IMG/VR virus record: IMGVR_UViG_3300025534_000213
Location: 65,576 to 129,575 of that record
Strand: one strand, 5' to 3'
DNA length: 64,000 nt
Source of the DNA: a virus
Positions 44,882-54,538 of the stretch are shown here, one piece after another. How positions within the stretch are numbered: the first letter of the stretch is position 1; each line of letters opens with the position of its first letter. The translations under genes and the position numbers were made by a program. The notes beneath the pieces were generated by a model. It was not told the origin of the DNA and did no database searches. It saw only the letters and a list, made by a program, of their open reading frames with translations.

Positions 44882-45232
44882 TCAGGTATCCGGGGTGGCG
44901 CAGGCCACGGTGAGAATCGTCCGGAGATATTCGGCGTCCTCCACGGAGGATGCGGTGACCTTGATCTGGATCGTCCCGTCGTGGATGGGGGTTTGCGTGT
45001 ACAGCAGCGTTCGTCCGCCGGAGCGGATGAGTTGCTCGTAGCCTTTGGGGTCCGTCTTGATGAGGATGTCGATGCCGTGGATGTTGTCCCGCAGGACCGG
45101 GAAAAAATAGAACCGCGCGCGGTTGCGCACGAAGTGATCGACCTTGAGGAAGAAAGGCAGCCAGACGGCTTCGGTGTCCGGCGGATCGGGGACCGGAAAA
45201 CGCGTTTCAAGGGTGCCGATGACGACGGTCAT
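44882..45232 (-). CDS. Hypothetical protein with weak family motif
   Basis: VTASSVEDAEYLRTIL. Confidence 0.7.
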   Translation of the reverse strand: MTVVIGTLETRFPVPDPPDTEAVWLPFFLKVDHFVRNRARFYFFPVLRDNIHGIDILIKTDPKGYEQLIRSGGRTLLYTQTPIHDGTIQIKVTASSVEDAEYLRTILTVACATPDT

Positions 45233-45522
45233 AGCCGGACTTCGTCCCAGCCGGTCAGGAATGCGGCCACCACCAGATTGGTGGCAAGCCGGGTCGGGGT
45301 CAGGAGGATGACCGGAGTCCCGTCGCGGATTTCGTTCGTGGCGTGAGCAAGGCCGTTCTCGACAGGAAATTCCACATCCGACAAAGAAAAATCGCTCTCA
45401 ATGCAACAAGCTCCATCGGACACCATCTCGTCCAACATGAGCATTTGCAGCAGATCGAGGGAAAGATGCGTCTCCTGACCGTCTCGTGTGATGATGACTT
45501 TCATGGCGCCGATATCTTCCAT
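45229..45522 (-). CDS. Hypothetical protein
   Basis: ATGA-coupled ORF. Confidence 0.6.
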   Translation of the reverse strand: MEDIGAMKVIITRDGQETHLSLDLLQMLMLDEMVSDGACCIESDFSLSDVEFPVENGLAHATNEIRDGTPVILLTPTRLATNLVVAAFLTGWDEVRL

Positions 45523-45561
45523 GGTGTCAGAGCCAAGCCTCGAAAATGTCGGTGAGACGCC

Positions 45562-46119
45562 TCATTTCAGGAACTCGCGGATGTCGAGCCCGAATTTCAG
45601 GGCGTCGATCTTGTGGACCCCGATCAGATACAGGCAGTAGGAAGCCACCGAGCTTCCGCGTCCGACGCCCCAGACGATGCCGTTCTCGCGGAAATGCACG
45701 ACGAGGGCGAACATCAGCCGGAGCACGGGGAGGAGGCCGCGCGCCTCGAACATGTCCATCTCCATCTCGACGCGGGCGCGCTGCTCGTCCGTGGTGCAAC
45801 GGCCAAGGAGTTCGGCGCGCACGTCGAGCGAGGCGTAGGGTTCGGGGATGCGCCAGCTATTGGCGCGCCGCTGGTGCTCCTCCTCGGGCGTCCAATTGGG
45901 CTCGACCTCGGGAAGAACCTGATGCTCGGCCTTGTCGAAGCGACGGCATAGCGCGTTGTAGGCGCGCAGCGCGTCGTCCTCGGGCATGATCAGGTTCGGG
46001 ATGTCGATCCCCCGGTAGAGAAGCTCGAAGGCATCCTCGGGGCGGAAATGGACACGCCCGTAGGCATCAACCTCGCGCGCGATGGCGGCGCCGGAGGGAG
46101 TGTTCGCTTGCGATGTCAA
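45562..46119 (-). CDS. DNA polymerase III alpha (DnaE)-like fragment
   Basis: VWGVGRGSSVASYCLYLIGVHKIDALKFGL; ends before the PDIDxD catalytic motif; GGAGA RBS, TTG start. Confidence 0.8.
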   Translation of the reverse strand: MTSQANTPSGAAIAREVDAYGRVHFRPEDAFELLYRGIDIPNLIMPEDDALRAYNALCRRFDKAEHQVLPEVEPNWTPEEEHQRRANSWRIPEPYASLDVRAELLGRCTTDEQRARVEMEMDMFEARGLLPVLRLMFALVVHFRENGIVWGVGRGSSVASYCLYLIGVHKIDALKFGLDIREFLK

Positions 46120-46402
46120 TGAAGTTCTCCAATGCGACCAGACATGCAGGGTCCTGATGGCCGAGGACCTCGTCCACCCGGTCGTAAATCGCCTCCTTGT
46201 CCGGCAGGACATGATCCCGCATTTGCAACCGCTTGATGGCCGCTTCAAGCTCGACCTGTAATGCGAACCGCTCGGGCTCGGCGAGGCGCACGGCCACCAA
46301 GAGCGCGTCCAAGGCCGCCTGCAAGGTCGGGTTCTTGCTGAAAATCGCGGCAGCGCAGGCGGCGTGCAGGACCTCAGCCCGGTCGAGTTCGATGTCAGCC
46401 AT
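46067..46402 (-). CDS. Hypothetical protein
   Basis: GGAGG RBS before ATG 46402. Confidence 0.6.
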   Translation of the reverse strand: MADIELDRAEVLHAACAAAIFSKNPTLQAALDALLVAVRLAEPERFALQVELEAAIKRLQMRDHVLPDKEAIYDRVDEVLGHQDPACLVALENFIDIASEHSLRRRHRARG

Positions 46403-46607
46403 TGACGGCGACCGGGACCTCCATAGCCTGAGCCGGTGCGGCGGGGGAGGGTGGCTGGGGTTCGGGCGCGGGTCGGGTGGCCCATTCGACAAGCTCATCG
46501 GCCCAACGGAGCCGATCCTCGGTGCGGGCCGGTTTCCCATCGTAGCGCACCCAAGATTGGGTGATGTTGAAGGCCCACATGCGGACGGCGACAATATCCG
46601 TGGTCAT
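46395..46607 (-). CDS. Hypothetical protein, Pro-rich tail
   Basis: ATGA-coupled ORF. Confidence 0.6.
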   Translation of the reverse strand: MTTDIVAVRMWAFNITQSWVRYDGKPARTEDRLRWADELVEWATRPAPEPQPPSPAAPAQAMEVPVAVNG

Positions 46608-46858
46608 TGACCAAGTGCTTCCCTGATAATGAAAATCATCTTCTCAAGCGCGGCCAAGGCCGCGAAATCACCTGATTCGAATGCCACGCCCACCGGTCGG
46701 AACGCTGCCTCGCGGCCGAACGGAAAAACGCGGTGTTGACGAAGATACTCCCGTTGATCGCGCAGTGCAACCGGTGTGTTGAGACCCCACCGGTCTTGGC
46801 CCCATGCGGGGGAACAGGGGAAAGCCCGCTCCCGGACCAGCCGGGAGAGCTTGCTCAA
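46604..46858 (-). CDS. Hypothetical protein
   Basis: TTGA-coupled start inferred. Confidence 0.5.
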   Translation of the reverse strand: MSKLSRLVRERAFPCSPAWGQDRWGLNTPVALRDQREYLRQHRVFPFGREAAFRPVGVAFESGDFAALAALEKMIFIIREALGQ

Positions 46859-47550
46859 TCGTCCCGCTTGCCGCCGTCGATGACGGTCGGCCTGAACTCC
46901 GGACGGATCACCACATTCTGGTCCGGCTTCACCATCTTGCCGATGAAATCCAGCGAATAGGCCCATGCCGGGGGCTTGCTGAGGTCCGCGTCGGGACCCG
47001 GTATCACGTCCATCGTCGAGGCGTCGTCGCGTCCCCACCACGGGGCATCGAAATAGGAGCGGTCGCCAACCCAATTCGGCATCTCGGGCAGCAGGTCCTC
47101 GGCGATGCCGACGAAGGTGAACACGAGGCCGGTCACATTGTCGGAGCGCACGGTGACCGACCCGAAATGCAGAGAACCCGCCGCCAAGGCGTTCATCTTC
47201 GCCTGAAACAGCGCGCCGAGATGCTCGTCGGAGGGTTCGTCCGGGCAGAGCATCAGCAGGTTGCCGCTCTGGTTGCGGCCGTCCTTGTCGATCAGCATGG
47301 CAACCGCGTTCGGGTTGCTGCGCGAGAAGGCGACACAGCGGGAGACGATGTTCTCGAACCAGAAGCGAATCTTGGAGATCGCCACGTCGAAGTCATCAGT
47401 TGAGTGCTCGCCGCTGGGGACGACCTCGGCCTTGAGCTTGATATGCGAGGGCAGGAGGGTGTTTTCGACAACCCTGATGAAGGCGAACTCCGTCTCGAAG
47501 TCGATCAGGGTCACGGCATCTTCGTCGTCGTGATGGATATCGTCGCTCAT
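46855..47550 (-). CDS. Conserved hypothetical phage protein
   Basis: AAGGAAG RBS; acidic protein with PWWGRDDAST motif. Confidence 0.75.
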   Translation of the reverse strand: MSDDIHHDDEDAVTLIDFETEFAFIRVVENTLLPSHIKLKAEVVPSGEHSTDDFDVAISKIRFWFENIVSRCVAFSRSNPNAVAMLIDKDGRNQSGNLLMLCPDEPSDEHLGALFQAKMNALAAGSLHFGSVTVRSDNVTGLVFTFVGIAEDLLPEMPNWVGDRSYFDAPWWGRDDASTMDVIPGPDADLSKPPAWAYSLDFIGKMVKPDQNVVIRPEFRPTVIDGGKRDD

Positions 47551-47560
47551 GATGGCTTCC

Positions 47561-47986
47561 TTAGCTGGCGCTGCCGTCCGGCTTGCTGCCGGGCGCCAAG
47601 GGCTGGACATTCACGGGGGTCGGGCTCGGGGCGGTCAGCAGGCGTCGGCTGCCGAGGCGGGGGCGGGCTCTCGTGCTCGCCTCCTTGGCCTCCTGCTGCT
47701 TCTTGTCGGCGGTCTGCGCCTGCTCCCGCAGGTCGGGATCGGTCTCGATGACGGCGGGGACGACCTGCTGCATCATCTCCCATTGCTCGACAAAGGTGCG
47801 CTCCCGGCGCTCGGCATCAATGGCGGCGATCATGCGCTGCATCTGGGCCACGGCGTCCATGGAGCCGAAGCGGTAGGCCCAGTTGAGCTTGCGGGAGAGT
47901 TCGTTTGAGCGGTTGAGGAGTTCCTCGTCGCTCATCGTCTTGGGGTCAAAGCCGGGAATATCAAACACTGGGAGCCTCGTTATCAC
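47561..47986 (-). CDS. Hypothetical late protein
   Basis: CTAAATA at 47991-47997 upstream. Confidence 0.7.
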   Translation of the reverse strand: MITRLPVFDIPGFDPKTMSDEELLNRSNELSRKLNWAYRFGSMDAVAQMQRMIAAIDAERRERTFVEQWEMMQQVVPAVIETDPDLREQAQTADKKQQEAKEASTRARPRLGSRRLLTAPSPTPVNVQPLAPGSKPDGSAS

Positions 47987-48025
47987 CGGCTATTTAGACG
48001 CCCCTGCAATCGGGGCGCCTGATTC

Positions 48026-48607
48026 TCACTCGCCGAACAGGACCTTGCGAATGTCGGGCGGAGAGTAGGTCTCCGGCTTCATCACCTTGCCGTCGGCCCG
48101 GCGCAGGACGGTACCGTCGGGCAGGAGCTTGCTCATGTTGCTCCGATGCACCTCCTCGAACACCGCCGTCAGCGGAATGCCAAAGCAGAGCGCCGTGGTG
48201 AACACCTCGTCGCGCAGGTCGTTGAGCGCCGCACTGACGGCGTCGAGGTCATCGGCGGCCTCGGCGTCGAGATACCGCCGGAAGGCGCTGCGAACACCAT
48301 TGACGTGGCGGTTACGGAGCACGGCAGACGGGAATCCCGGCTTCTGCGTCGGGGAGCAGGGAGGCGTGGAACCGTCGCCGGGGACGATCCCGTAGCTCAC
48401 GGCGGTGCCGCACAGGATGTAGGCGATGTCGGCGAGGGCATCCGCGACCTCGACGATGTCGTCGGCGGCCTCGGCTCCGAGGAACTCGTTCAGTTCTTCT
48501 TCGAGAAGCTTGATGCGAAGATCGCGCGTGGCGCGGTCGGGGAAAGAGGGCCGTTCGGCGATGAGCAGGCCGAATGCGGCCTGAAACTGGGTGACTTTGC
48601 GATACAT
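48026..48607 (-). CDS. MazG-like NTP pyrophosphohydrolase with internal helical duplication
   Basis: LLEEELNEF, EVADALAD, VFEEVHRSNMSK, DGKVMKP. Confidence 0.85.
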   Translation of the reverse strand: MYRKVTQFQAAFGLLIAERPSFPDRATRDLRIKLLEEELNEFLGAEAADDIVEVADALADIAYILCGTAVSYGIVPGDGSTPPCSPTQKPGFPSAVLRNRHVNGVRSAFRRYLDAEAADDLDAVSAALNDLRDEVFTTALCFGIPLTAVFEEVHRSNMSKLLPDGTVLRRADGKVMKPETYSPPDIRKVLFGE

Positions 48608-48675
48608 TTCTGAAATGGCATCCTCAAATGAGAGGCTGCCCTATATCGCAGATCGGCGCACCGCCGCAAGTCGGT

Positions 48676-48954
48676 TCAGCGTTTCGGTTTGGATTGGTTC
48701 GAGGTGGAGCCGGGCGGCTTGGGCTGCGGCGGTATCGGGGCGAAGGCCGGGTTCGTCACCCGGTAGAAGGCGCCGCAGCAGAGGCAGTAGCAGTCGAGGG
48801 TCCGGAAAACCATGCCCCGGAACTCGGCGGTCACGGTCTCGGAGCAGTTGGTGCAGGTCAGGGAGACCGGGCCGACATGCAGCCGGGATATCGGGTCCGG
48901 GCTGGGCTTGCTGCTTATCGGCTGGGCAGCACCGGGGAACTTGATGATCTTCAT
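48676..48954 (-). CDS. Zinc-ribbon protein
   Basis: CTNC and CLCC motifs; CTAAATA at 48987-48993 upstream. Confidence 0.7.
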   Translation of the reverse strand: MKIIKFPGAAQPISSKPSPDPISRLHVGPVSLTCTNCSETVTAEFRGMVFRTLDCYCLCCGAFYRVTNPAFAPIPPQPKPPGSTSNQSKPKR

Positions 48955-49092
48955 GACGGCCGCCACGCGGTCTCTGGTTGCGGCAGTATTTAGAGGGGGC
49001 GCACTTGGCACTTCAGATCGGAGTTTTGTGCGCGGGCCTCCGGGCTATGGCGGTCCGAACCAAAAAAAAGCGGTGCAGCGAACAAAAAAACG

Positions 49093-49120
49093 TGGACAAG
49101 GGCGCCGAATTCGCTATCTT
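49093..49120 (+). promoter_or_regulatory. Sigma70-type (early) promoter
   Basis: TGGACA-16 nt-TATCTT. Confidence 0.55.
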
Positions 49121-49173
49121 CGGCGGGGAAAGGCGTGCTGCCCCGGATTTTCGCAGCGGGCGAGGAGTAACGA

Positions 49174-49446
49174 ATGATTCATGCCAGATATCTGCCTTCG
49201 GGGCCGTTCGGCATCCCTCGGGTGGTTGTGGCGCCGCACCCGAACCGCAGGTACATCTTCGCTTCCCTGCTGTTTCGCGGCACCGTGGCCAAGGATGGTA
49301 CCTTCTGGCACGAGGACAGGCAGTATCGCATCACCGGGTGGGTCGGGCCGCGCCAAAGCCTGTACCAATCCGTGCCGGAGGAACTGCGCAGGAGAGGGGC
49401 AATCGTCGAGGCCGAGCCCGTCAGCCAGTCGTCGGCGCCGCGATGA
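49174..49446 (+). CDS. Hypothetical protein
   Basis: GAGGAG RBS. Confidence 0.7.
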   Translation: MIHARYLPSGPFGIPRVVVAPHPNRRYIFASLLFRGTVAKDGTFWHEDRQYRITGWVGPRQSLYQSVPEELRRRGAIVEAEPVSQSSAPR

Positions 49447-49457
49447 CTTGAGGCGCC

Positions 49458-49871
49458 ATGGAGCAGATGGCAGTCGAGGTCGGCCGTCCTTTCTGGGGCA
49501 CGGTGCGGAAATTGGTCAACACCGCCCGGCTCCGGGATCATGCCGTGAGTCTCCGGGGAGGGTGTGGCATCCTGTCCCGCAAATTCATCATCCGGGCGGA
49601 GCCGCTTGTCCTCTTGGCGTTCCAGCGGACCTTTGCGGAAATCCGCGAGCGGATGCGGTGCCGGAGCCTTACCCTCATGTCGCCCCGGAGGTCGTGGCCG
49701 AGGATCAGGGAGGCGGCCCGGAAGAACGAGGTCGCCCTCTCGGCCGGGTTCGGCCTGCTCCGGCGCCGGTTCCACGCCACGGCGCATCCCGACGAGATCA
49801 AGGCCATGCTCGAACTCCTCCGCCTGTGGGAGGTGGAGTTCACCATCCTTGCGGACCGGGAGGAGGACTGA
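49458..49871 (+). CDS. Hypothetical protein, family C-terminal motif
   Basis: PDEIKAMLELLRLW; GAGG RBS. Confidence 0.7.
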   Translation: MEQMAVEVGRPFWGTVRKLVNTARLRDHAVSLRGGCGILSRKFIIRAEPLVLLAFQRTFAEIRERMRCRSLTLMSPRRSWPRIREAARKNEVALSAGFGLLRRRFHATAHPDEIKAMLELLRLWEVEFTILADREED

Positions 49872-49950
49872 CGGAGAGGAGCGGCACCGAACCGGGCGGC
49901 ACGGCCCGACCGGCTGAACGAAAAAAATCGGTATTTGCACCACATTCCGC

Positions 49951-49978
49951 TGGACATTCCGGCAGGTGGTGGTAAAAC
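49951..49978 (+). promoter_or_regulatory. Sigma70-type (early) promoter
   Basis: TGGACA-16 nt-TAAAAC with GG before the -10 box. Confidence 0.55.
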
Positions 49979-50014
49979 TCGGCCTCAGAAAGCGATTTTG
50001 ATGAGGACGTACCG

Positions 50015-51556
50015 ATGGCCCGCCTCTCCGACGAGCAGCTTGCGATCACCAACGAAGTGGTCTCCGGCCGGGGCAACATCCTTGTGATCGCCCGTGCGGG
50101 CACCGGCAAGACTTTCGTCATCCGCAAGAGCCTGCCGCTGATGCGCGGCCGGATCGCCATCGCCGCCTACAACAAGAAGATCGCCCGCGAGATCGAGATG
50201 AAGATCGCGGAGGACGGCCTCCGCGCCGATATCGGCACCTTCCATAGCCATGGGTACCGCGTCCTCCGCAACATCCTGCCCGCCGCCAAGCTCGAAGGCA
50301 CTGGCTCCCAGAAGGCTGGCTACTACAAGTTCGACCGGATCGCCGAGGAACTGGAAATCCCGCAATTCCTGCACGGCTTCGCCAAGAAGGCCATGGGCCT
50401 CGCCATGCAGCGTGGCTTCGGCATCCTGACCAAGCTCAACGACCCGAAGGAGTGGCTCGATCTCGTCGCCCACTACGATCTCGACGACGACATCGCCGAC
50501 GACAATGTGCTGGTGCAGCTTCGCGGCCGGGACGAGGTGATCAAGGAGGGCCTGCGCTATGCCTGCAAGGCCGTGAAGCGCGGCATCGAGATCGCCCACG
50601 AGGTCGTCTCGTTCGACGACATGCTCTATATGCCGCTGGTCCTGAACGCCAAATTCCCGCAGTACGATTGGGTCGGCATCGACGAGGCGCAGGACAGCAA
50701 CGCGCTGCGCCGCGAGATGGCGAAGCGGATGACCAAGCCGACCGGCCGCCGCTTCTGGGTGGGCGACGACATGCAGTCGATCAACGGTTTCTGCGGGGCG
50801 GACAACGACGCGTTGGAGATCATCCGGCGCGAGGATCGCTGCACGGTCCTCAAGATGACCCAGACCTTCCGCTGCGCCAAGGCGGTGGTGGCGCTGGCCC
50901 AGAGCATCGTGCCGGACTACAAGGCGGCCGAGACGAATGCCGAGGGCAAGGTCGAGACCATCAGCGAGGCGGCCTTCTACGACCTCGCCCATACCCTCAC
51001 GGCCGACGACATGATCCTCTGCCGCAACACCAAGCCGCTGGTCGAGACTGCTTATGGCCTGATCCGCAAGGGCGTCGCCTGCCACGTCGAAGGCAAGGAA
51101 ATCGGCAAGGGGCTGCTGGCGATCATCGACCGCTGGAAGTCCATCAAGACCCTCCCGGCGATGCTCGACAAGCTCAAGGACTATAAGGAGCGCAAGATCG
51201 CGAAGCTGATGGCCGAGAAGAAGGAGCGGCAGGCCGAGGACCTTGCTGACAAGGTCGAAACCATCATGGTCATGATCGAGGGCCTGCCGGATGGCTCGAC
51301 CGTCGCCGACCTGCGTAAGCAGATCGACGACATGTTCGCGGATACGCCGGAGGGGCAGAAGCCGAACCGGGTGGTGCTGATGACCATCCACAAGTCCAAG
51401 GGGCTGGAAGCGAAGCGCGTGTTCGGGCTGGGTGTCGCCAAGTACCTGCCGAGCAGGTTTGCCAAGCAGGAGTGGCAGATGCGGCAGGAGGAGCACCTGC
51501 GATATGTCAACTACACGCGCGCCATTGAGACCTATGTGGACGTGGTGATGCACTGA
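50015..51556 (+). CDS. UvrD/Rep-like superfamily 1 helicase
   Basis: ARAGTGKT, TFHS, IDEAQD, VGDDMQSINGF, TFRC, MTIHKSKGLE, YVNYTRA. Confidence 0.93.
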   Translation: MARLSDEQLAITNEVVSGRGNILVIARAGTGKTFVIRKSLPLMRGRIAIAAYNKKIAREIEMKIAEDGLRADIGTFHSHGYRVLRNILPAAKLEGTGSQKAGYYKFDRIAEELEIPQFLHGFAKKAMGLAMQRGFGILTKLNDPKEWLDLVAHYDLDDDIADDNVLVQLRGRDEVIKEGLRYACKAVKRGIEIAHEVVSFDDMLYMPLVLNAKFPQYDWVGIDEAQDSNALRREMAKRMTKPTGRRFWVGDDMQSINGFCGADNDALEIIRREDRCTVLKMTQTFRCAKAVVALAQSIVPDYKAAETNAEGKVETISEAAFYDLAHTLTADDMILCRNTKPLVETAYGLIRKGVACHVEGKEIGKGLLAIIDRWKSIKTLPAMLDKLKDYKERKIAKLMAEKKERQAEDLADKVETIMVMIEGLPDGSTVADLRKQIDDMFADTPEGQKPNRVVLMTIHKSKGLEAKRVFGLGVAKYLPSRFAKQEWQMRQEEHLRYVNYTRAIETYVDVVMH

Positions 51557-51592
51557 GGGGGAGGGGAGGCGAAAGCCTCCCCTTTGGGGTGA

Positions 51593-51964
51593 ATGATCCT
51601 TGAGAAAGGCCATTGGCGGCTTGCCAAGGCCCCGCTCGCCGAGGCTGCCGACTTTGGCGTGAGGATCGTCGCCCTGCCTTGGGGGCCACCCGATCATACC
51701 TTCCGGCGCTATGGCTGGCGCGTGGTGGTCGCCTCGCGCACGGAGCGCAGGCGATTGGCCCTCTGGGTCTCTGGCGATGTGGGGGTGGCGCCCTGCGTGG
51801 AATGGCTCCGGGAGACTGTCGGGATCAGTGCCGCGCAATGGACGGCGCGAGCCGAGTACCGGCCGGGCGATGTACTGATCTATTTCTATTTCTCCCGCCA
51901 TATCGACGCGATGGCCTTCCTGCTGCGCTGGTACAAGCCGGAGGCTTGCGCGGAGAGCGAGTAA
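51593..51964 (+). CDS. Hypothetical protein, EW...DAxxFxLxW family
   Basis: CVEWLRETVG...YFSRHIDAMAFLLRWY. Confidence 0.8.
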   Translation: MILEKGHWRLAKAPLAEAADFGVRIVALPWGPPDHTFRRYGWRVVVASRTERRRLALWVSGDVGVAPCVEWLRETVGISAAQWTARAEYRPGDVLIYFYFSRHIDAMAFLLRWYKPEACAESE

Positions 51965-52061
51965 ATAGGGGGCATGTCAGTCCCCGCCCGTCGCAGGAGC
52001 CACCAGACATCCTCCGGCATGGCACGGACTGCCTGAACAGGCTGATTTGAGGTCCCGAAAC

Positions 52062-52354
52062 ATGCCCGGCATCATCGAGCCGTGGTCCCAGACGCGCATC
52101 CGCATGGAGGGCTGGACGCGGATCGCGCTGCACCCGGAAAGCCGTGCCGAAGGCCGCTCGCTGCTCAACCGGTTCCGGCGCTGGTATCCGGCCGAGGGGC
52201 GGGGCGATGCATGATCCGCGTCGCCGACCACCTTGGCACCGCGACGCTCGCCTTCGCGGACGAACGGGACGTGGTGCTGTTCCGCCTGTTCTTTCCCGAG
52301 GTGCCCGCCAACCGCGTCCCGCAGCCGCACGCCGATGACTGGCGGGCCGACTGA
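52062..52354 (+). pseudogene. Family gene split into two ATGA-coupled halves (52062-52214 and 52211-52354)
   Basis: The second half ends AFADERDVVLFRLFF; G-runs at the junction. Confidence 0.45.
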
Positions 52355-52464
52355 CCCGACGGCCCGGTCCGCGCGCACGAAAAAAATGTCGTTTTCGTTG
52401 TTGTCATTGAAGCGGTCAGCGGTTATTCTCGGCGCTATACTGAAAGCCGTTAGAGGATGCGATA

Positions 52465-53043
52465 ATGCCCGAGACGTTCATTAAGGTCTCACTGTCCGAT
52501 GCCGTGAACCGTGCCGCCGAGCGCAAGGCCATCGAGAAGGGCGTTCTCAACCGGTTCACGTGGGGCGGAGTGGCGACCAACAAGGTCGGTATTCTTGGTG
52601 AGCATCTGGTCCGCGCATGGCTCGCCAAATTCGGCGCCACCATCGCGGATACCCGCGACTACGATATCCTCGTCGATGGGCTGCGCCTTGAGGTCAAGAG
52701 CAAGGGCCGCAACGTCCATCCCCGCCGCGACTTCGATGCATCTCTGGCAGCCTACAACACCCGGCAGCAAACTGATTTCTACGTCTGCACCTCCTTCGTG
52801 GCCGACGGCGAATCCGAGATGGACGGCCACGTGTTCCAGAATTTCAGCCATGGCTACATCTGCGGCATCGTCACCCCGGAGGAATTCAAGTCTCGGGGCC
52901 GGTTCTATGCCAAGCTGTCCGAACCGTGGGTGCAGTACGACTGCTACACCATGTCCTTCAAGGACATGATGACCCCCGCCGAATTCGTCGCCTTCCTGCG
53001 CGAGCGCCGGTCCGACGAGGTTATCGCCAAGCTGGCGTCCTGA
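52465..53043 (+). CDS. PD-(D/E)XK restriction-endonuclease-like protein
   Basis: GILGE...DYDILVDGLRLEVKSK. Confidence 0.7.
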   Translation: MPETFIKVSLSDAVNRAAERKAIEKGVLNRFTWGGVATNKVGILGEHLVRAWLAKFGATIADTRDYDILVDGLRLEVKSKGRNVHPRRDFDASLAAYNTRQQTDFYVCTSFVADGESEMDGHVFQNFSHGYICGIVTPEEFKSRGRFYAKLSEPWVQYDCYTMSFKDMMTPAEFVAFLRERRSDEVIAKLAS

Positions 53044-53209
53044 GCCGCGTGGGAGGAGTGGGAGAACGAGATCGAGGAGGAGGGCGGCGAGGAATAGGCC
53101 ACCCGCCAAGAGGCCAGACGCGAACTGGCCTCTTGGCGCTTGAACCGGAAAAAGAGTTGTGTGACCACAAATATCTGGTATGGTGCTGCCCATACCTCCG
53201 GACCACATC

Positions 53210-54169
53210 ATGAGCGATCTGTTCACCTCCGACGCTGCCTGCAACGCCGTCGCCAAGCGGACCGTCCGTGAGGTGGCGAAGCACAATCTCGCGCCGGTCG
53301 ATGCCGTGGGCGAGTTGGCTGCGCCGATTGCCACCGAACTCCGCCAGCGTGGCAAGCTGCCGCGCAATGCCCTGCCGGAGCTGTTCCGCAACTTCCTCCG
53401 GCGGCTGGCGGATACGCCCAATATCATCGACATTGAGGTAGGCGCCTTCCGCACCGCCGACCTGAGCGTCAACGAGAGCCGCATGGTCCGCTTCGTGATG
53501 GTGATCAGCGAGTTCGCCGGATGGCTGCACTGCGTCACCTGCGAGGCCAAGCTGTCGCGCCGGGACCTCCGCCTGCGTTTCGCCGGGACCGAATTCCGGG
53601 TCAGCGAGCACGTCCTGACCCGCTACATGCGCCGCGAGCAGAAGGATTTGCGGCATTTCTTCTCGGGGGTGACCGAGACCCTGCGGGCGGCCTGCCTGAT
53701 CGGTCCCGCCACCCTGCTGTCGGACTCCTCCGCCACCGCCGTGCCCTTCCGTGACGGGCTGCTGCTCGGGGATACGCATTTCATCGCAGAGGAGAATTTC
53801 CCCAAGCGGTACCCGGTCGAGATTTGCTACGACCGCAATGATGGCAGGCGGGTGGTCGGGGAGCTTGACCTGCTGGTGCGGGGCCGGGTGCCGCTGATCG
53901 AGATGCGGACCTTCGTTGATGGTCAAAGCCTGTCGCCCCGGAAGGAGCGGCTGCGCGACATCCTGCTGGACTGGCGACGGAAGCACCGGGAGGGCATTGA
54001 CACCTTCTCCTCGGCCATGCTGTTCGGCTCCGCGCCGGTCCGCCCGAACGCGGACCAGAAGGCGATGCGGCAGCAGTCCGTGGAGGCGATCTACGCCGCC
54101 CGCGATGTAGTCCTGTCCGAGGCATGGCAGGACTATACGGCGCACCGGCAGGCCGAAGAACGCGGTTGA
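53210..54169 (+). CDS. Hypothetical protein
   Basis: Long ORF with normal codon usage; sigma70-like promoter upstream. Confidence 0.75.
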   Translation: MSDLFTSDAACNAVAKRTVREVAKHNLAPVDAVGELAAPIATELRQRGKLPRNALPELFRNFLRRLADTPNIIDIEVGAFRTADLSVNESRMVRFVMVISEFAGWLHCVTCEAKLSRRDLRLRFAGTEFRVSEHVLTRYMRREQKDLRHFFSGVTETLRAACLIGPATLLSDSSATAVPFRDGLLLGDTHFIAEENFPKRYPVEICYDRNDGRRVVGELDLLVRGRVPLIEMRTFVDGQSLSPRKERLRDILLDWRRKHREGIDTFSSAMLFGSAPVRPNADQKAMRQQSVEAIYAARDVVLSEAWQDYTAHRQAEERG

Positions 54170-54337
54170 CGGGAACCGAGTTTCTGTCATCATCGCGGGA
54201 CCGCAACACGATGGACAGGAGGTGCGGAATGATCAACCGTTTCAACGCGCACCTCGGTGCGTGTCCGAGAAGGTGTTTGGGCCGGGAGACCCTGATCTCT
54301 CATCCCCTCTCCCTTCTCGCACGCAGGAACCATCGTC

Positions 54338-54496
54338 ATGTTGAAGGCGCGCATCCGCCGCAACCGTAAGCACCGCCGCCAGACGCGCGCCGTGTTCAAG
54401 CACGGGCCGTCCGCCAAGCCCAAGCACCGCCTCCGGTCCGGCCGGACCGGCAAGGCTCACTCGGTCAAGCTCGCGTCGCGGCAGCCGGGGGCCTAG
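54338..54496 (+). CDS. 52-aa highly basic peptide
   Basis: CAGGAA RBS; MLKARIRRNRKHRRQTR...; hairpin after the stop. Confidence 0.55.
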   Translation: MLKARIRRNRKHRRQTRAVFKHGPSAKPKHRLRSGRTGKAHSVKLASRQPGA

Positions 54497-54538
54497 AGCG
54501 ACACCGCCGGGTGGGCATGGCCCGCCCGGCGGCCCTCG

